A stretch of DNA of 64,000 bases, taken from NCBI GenBank assembly GCA_014874185.1, contig JACWAF010000026.1, forward strand, positions 15,256 to 79,255, written 5' to 3'. Origin of the DNA: Nitrospirota bacterium. Lineage in GTDB: Bacteria; Nitrospirota; Thermodesulfovibrionia; Thermodesulfovibrionales; JdFR-88. Shown piece after piece: positions 1 to 8,694 of the stretch. The position numbers were made by a program, and so were the translations under genes. A model generated the notes under the pieces. It searched no databases and had not been told where the DNA came from. It saw only the letters and a program-made list of their open reading frames with translations. Positions within the stretch are counted from its first letter, which is position 1. Each line of letters begins with the position of its first letter.

Positions 1-1
1 T

Positions 2-544
2 GTCTTCGACGGGACCCAATCAGGGATACCCTATATGGAAGACAGCCAGCCGAACCCGGTAAACACCTATGGGCTCTCAAAATACGCCGGGGAGATTTAT
101 ATCAGGAATTCGCACCAGATGCACTATATCCTGCGGAGCGCAAGCCTGTACGGCAAGGCCGGGGCAAGCGGCAAGGGCGGAAACTTCGTCTACACGATAT
201 TGAAGAAGGCCCAGGCGGGAGAGCCGCTAAGGGTGGTGGACGACATATTCATGTCTCCCACCTGCACCCGCGATCTGGCTTTGGGGATTTGGGACTTCCT
301 GGCTTTGCGGCACCCCTATGGCATGTATCACATGGTGAACTCCGGCGCGGCAAGCTGGTATGAGTTCGCCAGGGCGATACTGGAGTTTTTAGGAATTCAT
401 GCCGAGATCTCGCCCGTCAAGCATACCGATTACAAGACCAAGGCCCGCCGCCCCTTGTGGTCCGTTCTGGCTAGCGGGAAGGGCATTTCCCTGCGCCCCT
501 GGCAAGAGGCTCTGAGGGAGTTTTTGAAGACTCTCAGCGGATAG
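2..544 (+). CDS. rfbD: dTDP-4-dehydrorhamnose reductase, C-terminal part (5' end lies outside the window)
   Basis: The frame is open from the window edge (VFDGTQSGIPYMEDSQPNPVNTYGLSKYAGE...). The YGxSKxxGE catalytic region and overall similarity are typical of RmlD. Confidence 0.8.
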   Translation, partial: VFDGTQSGIPYMEDSQPNPVNTYGLSKYAGEIYIRNSHQMHYILRSASLYGKAGASGKGGNFVYTILKKAQAGEPLRVVDDIFMSPTCTRDLALGIWDFLALRHPYGMYHMVNSGAASWYEFARAILEFLGIHAEISPVKHTDYKTKARRPLWSVLASGKGISLRPWQEALREFLKTLSG

Positions 545-551
545 TTGAAGG

Positions 552-1463
552 ATGCAGGGCCTGGTCTACATAATTGTGCTCAACTGGAACAATTGGAAGG
601 ATACTCTTAATTGCCTGGAGAGCATCTTTCAAAGCAGCTATACAAATTATAAGTTATTGATTATAGATAACGGCTCTACCGATTCCTCCGGAGAGAAGAT
701 AAAGGATTGGGCAAAAGAGAACGGAAAAGATATCGAGATAATACAAACGGGCGGGAACCTTGGGTTCACTGGCGGGAACAACGCAGGGTTGAAGCATATC
801 TATCAAAAAAAAGATTTTAATTATATCTGGATATTAAACAACGATACTGTTGTAGACAAAGATGCGTTAAGTTCTCTCGTGAGCTGTCTTGAAAGCGATC
901 CTTCGGCCGGGATGGCCGGCTCCAAGCTTCTTTATTATGATAAACCCACGACAATACAGAATGTCGGGGGATGTAAAATAGTTCCCTGGTTGGGCAATTC
1001 CTTCGTCATCGCCAATAATAGCCCCGATGATGGCAATTGGGACAAGCCGTTTGAGCCGGATTACATTAATGGCGCAAGCCTTCTTGTAAAGAGAGAAGTC
1101 CTTGAGAAAATAGGTCTTTTTGATGAGAACTATTTTCTTTACTGGGAGGATGCTGATTTAGGTGTAAGGGCAAGGCGTGCCGGTTACAAACTCCTCTACT
1201 GCCCGGAGAGCCGCGTCCTGCACAAGGAAGGGGGCACCGGGGGCAGGCTGAACCCGCTTACTGACTATTACTGGGTAAGAAACGGTCTGTATTTTACGAG
1301 AAAATTTTACCCCTGGTTTTTGCCCAGTGTATTTGCTGCTTATGTTTTTAAGTATGCCGTGCTGAGAACCCGTAGGGGGCAGTCATCCAATTTTAAAGCT
1401 TTTTTCAAAGGAATAACCGATTTTTCAAAAGAGGTGTTTGGTAAAAAGGAGAAGTGGTTCTAA
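552..1463 (+). CDS. glycosyltransferase family 2 (rhamnosyltransferase-like)
   Basis: GT2 N-terminal fold motifs are present: 'VYIIVLNWNNWKDTLNCLESI', 'IIDNGSTD', 'NLGFTGGNN', 'YWEDADL'. Confidence 0.8.
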   Translation: MQGLVYIIVLNWNNWKDTLNCLESIFQSSYTNYKLLIIDNGSTDSSGEKIKDWAKENGKDIEIIQTGGNLGFTGGNNAGLKHIYQKKDFNYIWILNNDTVVDKDALSSLVSCLESDPSAGMAGSKLLYYDKPTTIQNVGGCKIVPWLGNSFVIANNSPDDGNWDKPFEPDYINGASLLVKREVLEKIGLFDENYFLYWEDADLGVRARRAGYKLLYCPESRVLHKEGGTGGRLNPLTDYYWVRNGLYFTRKFYPWFLPSVFAAYVFKYAVLRTRRGQSSNFKAFFKGITDFSKEVFGKKEKWF

Positions 1464-2341
1464 TTAAATAGCTTCAACTTCATCCTGTAAAGGAGATCCA
1501 GGCCCTTAAGCCCAACCAGTCTGATTATCATTAATTTAATTCTTTCCTTTTTCGCCCAGTTCCCCGTTTCGGCTTGTTTTCTTTCGGAATTGAGGGTTTT
1601 TTTCTGTAATTGCAGGATTTCGGGTTTTTCACCGGCATAAGACTTATACTTTTCATAAATCCGCTCCCGTGCCTTTACATACTCCATCTGCTTGGAGCTG
1701 GTCCTGTTTGAACCGTCCAGTCTCCACCTGAATTCCGAAGTCACTTCTTTGACGTGGGCGAATTCATATTCGCGAGAAATTCTTATCCAGAGTTCCCAAT
1801 CCTCAAGATAACGAAACGATTTGTCAAAGGATCCCACTTTGTCAAGAACGGATTTTTCATGCACTACTGACTGGATTGGAATCGCATTATCAATCAGGAT
1901 CCGTTCAGGGTCGAACTCGAATGAAACAATATCTCTCCTTTTTATTTTAAATTTCTGGCCATCAAAGACTTGAAGAGCCCTGTAGCTGTCTGCATAAGCA
2001 ACCTTGTACTTTCCCGATTCAAGGAATCCTACTAACGTCTGCAGGTGCTCTGGATAAAAAATGTCGTCATCATCCAGATAGGCTATATATTTGCCTATAG
2101 ATTCTCTGATCCCGATATTTCTACATGCTGTGGGACCCTGATTGGCTTCATTTCTTAAGTACTTTATCCGCTTATCATCCAATCGGGATATCAATTCTCT
2201 CAGATCCCCTCCGCAATCATTTACTACGATTACCTCAAAGTCCGGCATGGTCTGGGCAAGCACGCTTTTTATGGCTTCCTCCAGCATGCCGGATCTGTTG
2301 AAAGTGGGAATGATTACAGAAACTCTAGGTGCGCTATTCAT
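1460..2341 (-). CDS. glycosyltransferase family 2
   Basis: Contains 'VSVIIPTFNRSGMLEEAIKSVLAQT', 'VVNDCG' and 'YLDDDD' (DxD). Its ATGA start overlaps the stop of the upstream GT2 gene at 2338-2341. Confidence 0.8.
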   Translation of the reverse strand: MNSAPRVSVIIPTFNRSGMLEEAIKSVLAQTMPDFEVIVVNDCGGDLRELISRLDDKRIKYLRNEANQGPTACRNIGIRESIGKYIAYLDDDDIFYPEHLQTLVGFLESGKYKVAYADSYRALQVFDGQKFKIKRRDIVSFEFDPERILIDNAIPIQSVVHEKSVLDKVGSFDKSFRYLEDWELWIRISREYEFAHVKEVTSEFRWRLDGSNRTSSKQMEYVKARERIYEKYKSYAGEKPEILQLQKKTLNSERKQAETGNWAKKERIKLMIIRLVGLKGLDLLYRMKLKLFN

Positions 2342-3372
2342 CTACCTAAGCTCTTTGAAAATCTTCTCCATAAGCGGTACACAGGGATTATGAAAAGAAA
2401 AGTCCCCTTTCTTGCCAGGGCGTGTCTGGAAGAATTTTTAAGATTTCTTATATTGAACAGTTTCTTTGCCCGCCTAAAAGGCTTCTGGAAAGTAAGATCG
2501 GAATAAAAGAACCGTTTGAGATATGTAAGCGATAAAAGGAGAACGAGCTTTACCTTGACGCTGAACCCAAGATTTTGAGTAGAAACTGTTTTAACAATAT
2601 ACCTGCTGAATAAATACGCCCAGTGCCAGCGCACTTTGAATCCTGGTTTTAACCTATAAGAGGCGGCATTCTTCAAAAGGGAATCAGACGCTCCCCCTAA
2701 TCTTTTTTTGAACAGGTACTCGTTTAAAAGAATAATATCTCCTTTTAAAAGCAATTCAAACATCAAAAGAAAATCCTGTCCCAAAATATTTTCGAGGGTT
2801 TTGTCTTCCAATGCTGAACGCCTTATCAGGCCATAAAAGAGGGAACCAAGAGTTGTATTCTTAAGATAATGCATTATCCGCTTCACCTGCCCCATGCCCC
2901 TGGTTGTGAAATCAAAATCGTACTGGGCTGAGGTCTCCCCGTCCTCGCTTATAAATATCGTTTTCGGGGAGCAAAAAACAGCACAGGGATTTTCCTGTAA
3001 AGCGAGAATGCACTTTTCGATGTAGGCTTTCTCCCATAGGTCGTCCTGTGCGGCCCACATGAAATAGGGGGCTGTCGCAAATTGAAGCAGATAGTTGAAA
3101 TTCTCAGTAATGCCGATATTTTTGGGCTGGCGTATATAGCGGATGCGATCATCTTTAGCCGCGAACTCCTCGCATATCTGCTTGGTCGAGTCCTTGGAGA
3201 AATCATCGGATATGATAAGTTCGAAATTAGTAAAAGTCTGGCTGAGCAAAGATTCAACCGATGTTTTTAGAAATTTTTCGCCGTTATAAACTGGCATGCC
3301 AATGATTAACCGAATTGAATTTTTTATTTTGTTCACCCTAAGGTCCATATTTTGAAAAATATTTACTTGCAA
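2338..3372 (-). CDS. glycosyltransferase family 2
   Basis: Contains 'IGMPVYNGEKFLKTSVESLLSQT', 'ISDDFSKD' and 'AAQDD'. The true start may be 3348 (MDLRVNK) rather than 3372. Confidence 0.75.
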   Translation of the reverse strand: MQVNIFQNMDLRVNKIKNSIRLIIGMPVYNGEKFLKTSVESLLSQTFTNFELIISDDFSKDSTKQICEEFAAKDDRIRYIRQPKNIGITENFNYLLQFATAPYFMWAAQDDLWEKAYIEKCILALQENPCAVFCSPKTIFISEDGETSAQYDFDFTTRGMGQVKRIMHYLKNTTLGSLFYGLIRRSALEDKTLENILGQDFLLMFELLLKGDIILLNEYLFKKRLGGASDSLLKNAASYRLKPGFKVRWHWAYLFSRYIVKTVSTQNLGFSVKVKLVLLLSLTYLKRFFYSDLTFQKPFRRAKKLFNIRNLKNSSRHALARKGTFLFIIPVYRLWRRFSKSLGR

Positions 3373-4468
3373 TATTTTTGGTTACTAACAAAAAGCTACC
3401 AGCGTTTTTTATATCTGGCTCTAGATGACATCCTTCTGCCCACTCATTCCAGGCATTTATGAATATTATCTGCTCTTCTCTTGGAAATTTTTTAACTCGA
3501 TCAATTGAATTTTCGAGTAATCTGGCATAAGCCTCCGAATTATCATTTTGGAATATCCAGGCGCCTGCTCTTCTCCTGGCAGTATTATCCCAGCTTGGGA
3601 AAGCACAAGGGAATATTTTATAAGGAGAAATAGGTCTTTTTATGAGAAAATCCACGTATTTAGAATAATCAAACCGCGAATAAAAGGGTCTTTCGGATAT
3701 AATTTTTCTTAATCTAAGAATTTCAATTAGTTTATTCATTTTAGATTTAAATAGAGAAGATAAAAAGTTTTCTGGAAGAGGGGCGTTGCACAAACCAGGA
3801 TTCGGCTGAAATTCAACAATAGCATCGAAACCCAAATTAAATGACTCCTCATCCCTAAATCCAAATTGATTACCTTTTACAGCGCAAAGATAAATGTCCT
3901 GAAACCCCTTATTTATCGTTGATTTTCGCCAGATACTAATAACGTTCTCAATGTTTCGTATTTTATCCGCATGATAAATTAAAAACAGAGGCTTACCATT
4001 TATTTTGATATATCTTTTATCTAAAAATGCGTTGTTTAGCCATTCAATATGCTGCTCCGGATTATAATTATCATAATCCTGTGTCATCAGAATTTCCTGA
4101 TCCATGCCATCCCAGCGTCTTGTCCAGTTCTCATTAGCCCAGCAGAGGCAAAACGGGAAATCGGGCTTGCCTGACGCAAGCACTTCATTAAACGGCCTTT
4201 CAAGGAGCATCTTCCCATTGAACCAATAATGGTAATAGCAGAAACTGCTGATCCCATGCTCTTTAGCCAATTCGGCCTGAGCGATTCTTGTCTCCTCTAA
4301 CCTCAGATCATAAAACCCAAGATCAGCGGGAATGTGTGGCTGGTGATGTCCTTTGAAAAGGGGTTTTGCTTTTGCTACATTGGTCCATTCAGTGAAGCCT
4401 TTCCCCCACCATGCGTCATTTTCAGGAATGGGATGGAATTGAGGAAGGTAGAAGCTAATAAATTTCAA
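3338..4468 (-). CDS. WbsX-family glycosyltransferase-like protein
   Basis: The N-terminus 'FISFYLPQFHPIPENDAWWGKGFTEWTNV' is the hallmark of the WbsX (Glyco_tran_WbsX) family as I remember it. Confidence 0.65.
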   Translation of the reverse strand: MKFISFYLPQFHPIPENDAWWGKGFTEWTNVAKAKPLFKGHHQPHIPADLGFYDLRLEETRIAQAELAKEHGISSFCYYHYWFNGKMLLERPFNEVLASGKPDFPFCLCWANENWTRRWDGMDQEILMTQDYDNYNPEQHIEWLNNAFLDKRYIKINGKPLFLIYHADKIRNIENVISIWRKSTINKGFQDIYLCAVKGNQFGFRDEESFNLGFDAIVEFQPNPGLCNAPLPENFLSSLFKSKMNKLIEILRLRKIISERPFYSRFDYSKYVDFLIKRPISPYKIFPCAFPSWDNTARRRAGAWIFQNDNSEAYARLLENSIDRVKKFPREEQIIFINAWNEWAEGCHLEPDIKNAGSFLLVTKNIASKYFSKYGP

Positions 4469-4566
4469 AATTAATCCCCTGTAAGCAATGGATTTAAACC
4501 AACTTTTATTATCTGATATTTATACCTGAACCTTGCTATTTTGTATTTGCAAGTTTTTGTAATTAT

Positions 4567-5583
4567 TTAAATTTTTAATTTCTGACGAACCTCAGAGTAA
4601 ACAGTATTGAAAAGTATGTCTTTACATAGTCCATCATGATATATTATCAATGCATTTTTATTATTAGCGTAATCGCCTGTATACGGCATATATTTTTTAA
4701 AAGCTCTATAATGGCCCAGAAGAATAATACCATAAGTCCCAACTGCGTTAGCTATGTGAGCAAAGCTGCTATCAATTCCTAGAAAAAGCTCTGCTCGCTT
4801 AATAAGTAAAGCATATTCCTGAATATTCAGTTTTCCACACATATCTATAAAAAAAGGATTGGTTTCTCTAATCGTGCTTTTCAGGCCGATTTCCACTATG
4901 AACACGCCTTTCTTCGATACTTCTCTGACTATCTGGTCGAATTTATCAGGGTCCCAATCCCTCGAATCTTCATTTGATCTGCAGTGTATGACAATATATT
5001 TGCCAGGCACTTTGGGAGCCGCAGTATTTTTACAAAAATGAAATATCGGTTGTTCGCTGATTTTTTCCAGCCCTCCAGCCAGAGAAAAGACTTCCAGGAT
5101 ACTGCCGAAGAAATAGTAATTTTCGAGAGTGATTCCATGCTTGTTCGGATTATGAAAATAACTGCCAAAAGAGGTGCAGCGCCTCTGGTCTATATGCAAA
5201 TCGACAACTTCATCGAAAATCCTTAAATTTCTTAAAACCATACATTCAAAAAGGCAGGTAGTGCCCATGACCAAATCAATGAAAGGATTGCATTTGACCA
5301 CATCTTTATATCTATATTTTGTTACCCAGATAATAAAATCATCCTTATATTTCTTTCTAATAATTCTGCTAACCGGTTCACATGCTACCATATCGCCAAT
5401 GTGTTCGATTAAATTAATAACGACTATCTTTTTTTTAAAGAGGATGGATTTAAGAAAGCTCAAGATAATAATATTTTTGAGCAACGAAGGAACAAATAAT
5501 TTTTCTTTAATAAAACCGAACAAAAAAGCCTTATTTTTTTTAAGAGAGAGAATATGCCTATTTAATCTCATTATGCACAGCAA
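4567..5583 (-). CDS. glycosyltransferase family 9 (heptosyltransferase-like)
   Basis: The C-terminal 'LIKRAELFLGIDSSFAHIANAVGTYGIILLG' matches the GT9 'DSGpxHlAaAlg' region. The gene is AT-rich and the start is uncertain (5583 or 5571). Confidence 0.55.
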   Translation of the reverse strand: MLCIMRLNRHILSLKKNKAFLFGFIKEKLFVPSLLKNIIILSFLKSILFKKKIVVINLIEHIGDMVACEPVSRIIRKKYKDDFIIWVTKYRYKDVVKCNPFIDLVMGTTCLFECMVLRNLRIFDEVVDLHIDQRRCTSFGSYFHNPNKHGITLENYYFFGSILEVFSLAGGLEKISEQPIFHFCKNTAAPKVPGKYIVIHCRSNEDSRDWDPDKFDQIVREVSKKGVFIVEIGLKSTIRETNPFFIDMCGKLNIQEYALLIKRAELFLGIDSSFAHIANAVGTYGIILLGHYRAFKKYMPYTGDYANNKNALIIYHDGLCKDILFNTVYSEVRQKLKI

Positions 5584-5594
5584 TTTGAATACAA

Positions 5595-6560
5595 TTAATA
5601 AAAGGATTTCTTATTTCTAGCGAATAAGAGTTCAGATAAAGCTATTGGTGATATTTCGCTGTCGCGATGTAAAGAAATTACATCATAATGCCAGTCCGGA
5701 TGCATTCTATTGTTTATGCAAAGTTCTGCGAGCATATCCGTACTCTTCTTATCAAACCCTTCCATAAAATGACTGAATGTTCCGTATTTGGTAAACCAAA
5801 TAAATTTATTATAATCGCATTCTAATAGCGCGGTAAAATGATCTGTCCAGTTATTATCAGTCTGCCGACATAAAATCGGGTGCCATTCAAAAATGACTGC
5901 AGGATGATATTTTTGAAGAACGGTTTTCGATCCGATTAGTACTTTCCCATCAAATCCATCCACATCCGTTTTCAACATGTCTATTCTTTCCGGCGTGGAC
6001 TTTTGAATAATAGAATCGAGAGTAGCCGATTGGATTATTTTTTCACCCTGAGCGCTTGCAGTTCCCTTATGAATTCTCACAAGTTCTTTTTCATGTTCTT
6101 CGGATGATGAAAGTAGAGCATTTATAAGCTTTCCCTCTTTTAGATGAGAAAGATTATTTTGAAGATAGAAAAAAAATTCGGGATCACCATCTATACAATA
6201 GAAATCTTTAATCATTCCCGGGCAGTTGGAGTAAAGAAGCAGTACGGTATCGCCTACAGCTGCGCCTATATCTATCAATGTTATAGGTTTATTTTGAGCG
6301 GAATAGCATTGATAAGTAAGCTCCACGAGCGGATTGTTGAGATTGGGAAATTTCCGTGCGTTTATCGGATAGGTATATCCGAAGTTAAGCACTACCTTTT
6401 GACCGTGAACGGTCGCTTTTACAGGGCCGGAAAAGAACTCATTACTTTTATTCCATATTGGTTGCCAAATTTTTGAGAAAAAACCCTTATCGCTCAGCTT
6501 CGCTGTCTTAATCAGCGCATTGTATACGAAAGAAGCTAAAATATTAGAAAATTGTCCCAT
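5595..6560 (-). CDS. FkbM-family methyltransferase
   Basis: Contains 'LIDIGAAVGDTVL' (SAM motif I) and 'IDMLKTDVDGFDGKVL', which is typical of Methyltransf_21/FkbM. Confidence 0.65.
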   Translation of the reverse strand: MGQFSNILASFVYNALIKTAKLSDKGFFSKIWQPIWNKSNEFFSGPVKATVHGQKVVLNFGYTYPINARKFPNLNNPLVELTYQCYSAQNKPITLIDIGAAVGDTVLLLYSNCPGMIKDFYCIDGDPEFFFYLQNNLSHLKEGKLINALLSSSEEHEKELVRIHKGTASAQGEKIIQSATLDSIIQKSTPERIDMLKTDVDGFDGKVLIGSKTVLQKYHPAVIFEWHPILCRQTDNNWTDHFTALLECDYNKFIWFTKYGTFSHFMEGFDKKSTDMLAELCINNRMHPDWHYDVISLHRDSEISPIALSELLFARNKKSFY

Positions 6561-6617
6561 TTACTCCTTACGTTCAACTGAATATGACGTATTGTAAAAT
6601 TTTTATTACATAATTCT

Positions 6618-8174
6618 CTAGGCCTCAGGCACAAATCTACGGAAAATCCTTTTCAGAAACCCAAGCTCCAACCCCGTTTTCTCCGACACCGCCTCAAGCA
6701 TCAAAATATCTTCACGCTCGATGCTTCGGGTGGCAATCAGACTCACGCCGTAACCCGCCATGAAGAGCGCCAGATACATCGGCAGCATCCATAGCTGAAG
6801 GGGCAGGCTCTTCGCCATCTCATAAATGGCCGCGCAGACCAGCGCAACCCCCCCTATGGGCTTCAGATACCTGGATGTGATCGGGTGTATCCCCGTCTCC
6901 CTGTACAGCAGGTAAGAGGCCCAAACATTTATGGTGAAATACGGTATCGCCCCGGCTATTGCCGCCCCAGTAACCCCCATCCCCATCCACTTGATAAGAA
7001 AATAATTAAAAGCCACATTGATCAGGGCTGCAAGAAAGCCAAGCTTCAGAATGGGCTTCTGCATCCCGAAGGTTATCATCACCAGGCCATTGACGCCCAG
7101 GAAGGCCCTGGCCAGAAATCCAAGCGATAGAATGCGTAGAGGCATGGCTGCATCCACAAACCGGCTGCCAAACAGGAACGTTATCACCATATCGGGGAAG
7201 AAGAAGAGCACGAAGAAGATGGGCAGCGTTGCAGAGAAGATCCATTTTGTAAGGACCTGATAAGTGCGCTTAAGCTCCGGGATCTGTTTTTTGGCGAACA
7301 TCTCCACGGCAAGGGGCAGGAAGACGAAAGACAGTGCTTCAAAGGGGAAATTTATAAGCCGGGCAAGCGAGGTGCTGATATTGTAAGTGCCAACCGTGGC
7401 CGCGCCGGTGTACCTTCCCAGGATAAGCGAGTCCGTCCAGTCCAGAAAGATCCCCCAGACACCCACTGAAAAGAGCACCAGCGAAAATTTGACCAGTTCC
7501 CTGTAGTGCGATCCGATTTTGAAGCTGACCGGCTTCAGCCCTATCAATCTCCGGCCGTAAATGGCCACACCGAAGAACATGGCCACGGCTGCGAAAAGAT
7601 AAGCTAACAGAATAGTTTGAAAAGGGAGCTTCAAAAAGACACAGGCCAGAAGGGCCAGAAAGAACAGGAGCGGCTGCCCGATATCCACGAAGATGATCTT
7701 CGGCTTGATTATGCCGTGGCCCCTCAGGATGCCTACTAGCAGCGTTGCCATGATCTGCACCGGCAGAAAGAAGGCAATGATCTTGAGGGGGGTGGCCAGT
7801 TTGGGCATATAGAATATATGCCGGGCGGCATAGCCTGAGAACGCGAACAGAATGACGAAAGAGCCCATCGCGGCGATAAAACCCATCTGGGTAGCGGCCC
7901 TGGTGATCCCCTCGGTGCTGGCCTTTTTATTCTCTCCCAGGAATAGCGATATATATCTTGTGATGGCCTCGCCCATCCCAAAAGTTGCCACCCAAGAAAA
8001 AATGCTCACTACGGCTATGGCGAGTGAGTACAGCCCCAGTTCTTCCTTGGTGGTATGTCTTGCTATCAGGAGCTTGGTAAAAAACCAGATAAGGATCCCG
8101 GTGGAGGAGCTTAAAAAGACAAATACGGTGCCTTTAACCGTGTTTTTGAGCGATGAGTGGATTATCTCGGACAT
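6618..8174 (-). CDS. polysaccharide flippase (Wzx/MOP superfamily)
   Basis: A 518-aa polytopic membrane protein with about 12-14 hydrophobic segments, sitting at the end of a glycosyltransferase cluster. The length and pattern are typical of the 'polysaccharide biosynthesis protein' family. Confidence 0.7.
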   Translation of the reverse strand: MSEIIHSSLKNTVKGTVFVFLSSSTGILIWFFTKLLIARHTTKEELGLYSLAIAVVSIFSWVATFGMGEAITRYISLFLGENKKASTEGITRAATQMGFIAAMGSFVILFAFSGYAARHIFYMPKLATPLKIIAFFLPVQIMATLLVGILRGHGIIKPKIIFVDIGQPLLFFLALLACVFLKLPFQTILLAYLFAAVAMFFGVAIYGRRLIGLKPVSFKIGSHYRELVKFSLVLFSVGVWGIFLDWTDSLILGRYTGAATVGTYNISTSLARLINFPFEALSFVFLPLAVEMFAKKQIPELKRTYQVLTKWIFSATLPIFFVLFFFPDMVITFLFGSRFVDAAMPLRILSLGFLARAFLGVNGLVMITFGMQKPILKLGFLAALINVAFNYFLIKWMGMGVTGAAIAGAIPYFTINVWASYLLYRETGIHPITSRYLKPIGGVALVCAAIYEMAKSLPLQLWMLPMYLALFMAGYGVSLIATRSIEREDILMLEAVSEKTGLELGFLKRIFRRFVPEA

Positions 8175-8245
8175 TTTTTAATTATAAAGGATTTCGAAAG
8201 ATGAATTTTTAAAAAAGGAGTAATCCAGAAGCTGATTTAAAAGAG

Positions 8246-8329
8246 TGCCGGTGGTGGGAGTCGAACCCACACGAGGTTGCCCTCACCGGATTTTGAGTCC
8301 GGCGCGTCTGCCAGTTCCACCACACCGGC
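8246..8329 (-). tRNA. tRNA-Leu (anticodon CAA), class II with long variable arm, CCA not encoded
   Basis: The reverse complement folds by hand: acceptor GCCGGTG/CACCGGC, anticodon stem CCGGA/TCCGG with loop CT-CAA-AA, variable arm GAGGGCAACCTCGT, and T-arm GTGGG-TTCGACT-CCCAC. Confidence 0.9.
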
Positions 8330-8341
8330 TTGTCTGCCCTT

Positions 8342-8539
8342 CTACTTCCCGGACTGCATCCGGATGAAATTGGCTATGCTCCGGTCATATGTGCGCTCGT
8401 ACTGAGCGTTGAAGAAACAGGCCGGAAGCTCACCCATCTTCCTGTGATAATGCAGGCACATACAGCACTTGTGCTTGCGCTCGCAGGGCTCGTAAGTGCA
8501 GTTGCAGTATTTCTTGTTGCCCTCGCTTACGCACTCCAT
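8342..8539 (-). CDS. small cysteine-rich protein (DUF6485-like)
   Basis: 65 aa with 8 Cys ('KKYCNCTYEPCERKHKCCMCLHYHRKMGELPACFF'). It resembles a conserved small Cys-rich family from memory. I prefer it over the overlapping plus-strand ORF 8330-8596. Confidence 0.55.
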   Translation of the reverse strand: MECVSEGNKKYCNCTYEPCERKHKCCMCLHYHRKMGELPACFFNAQYERTYDRSIANFIRMQSGK

Positions 8540-8616
8540 GGAAGATATTATAAATTAAAAGCATCTACTTTTCTTTTTTGCAAAAAAGAAAAGTAGCAAA
8601 AGAAAAAACTCTTACT

Positions 8617-8644
8617 TTTTCCCGCTCTTAATAGAGCGGGAAAA
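8617..8644 (-). terminator. intrinsic, potentially bidirectional terminator downstream of mnmE
   Basis: An 11-bp perfect stem TTTTCCCGCTC / GAGCGGGAAAA with loop TTAATA, and T/A tracts on both sides. Confidence 0.55.
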
Positions 8645-8694
8645 TCCAAAAATTCTCTTTGCTTCTTTCTCTTATAAGAGAAAGAAGAATCTTT

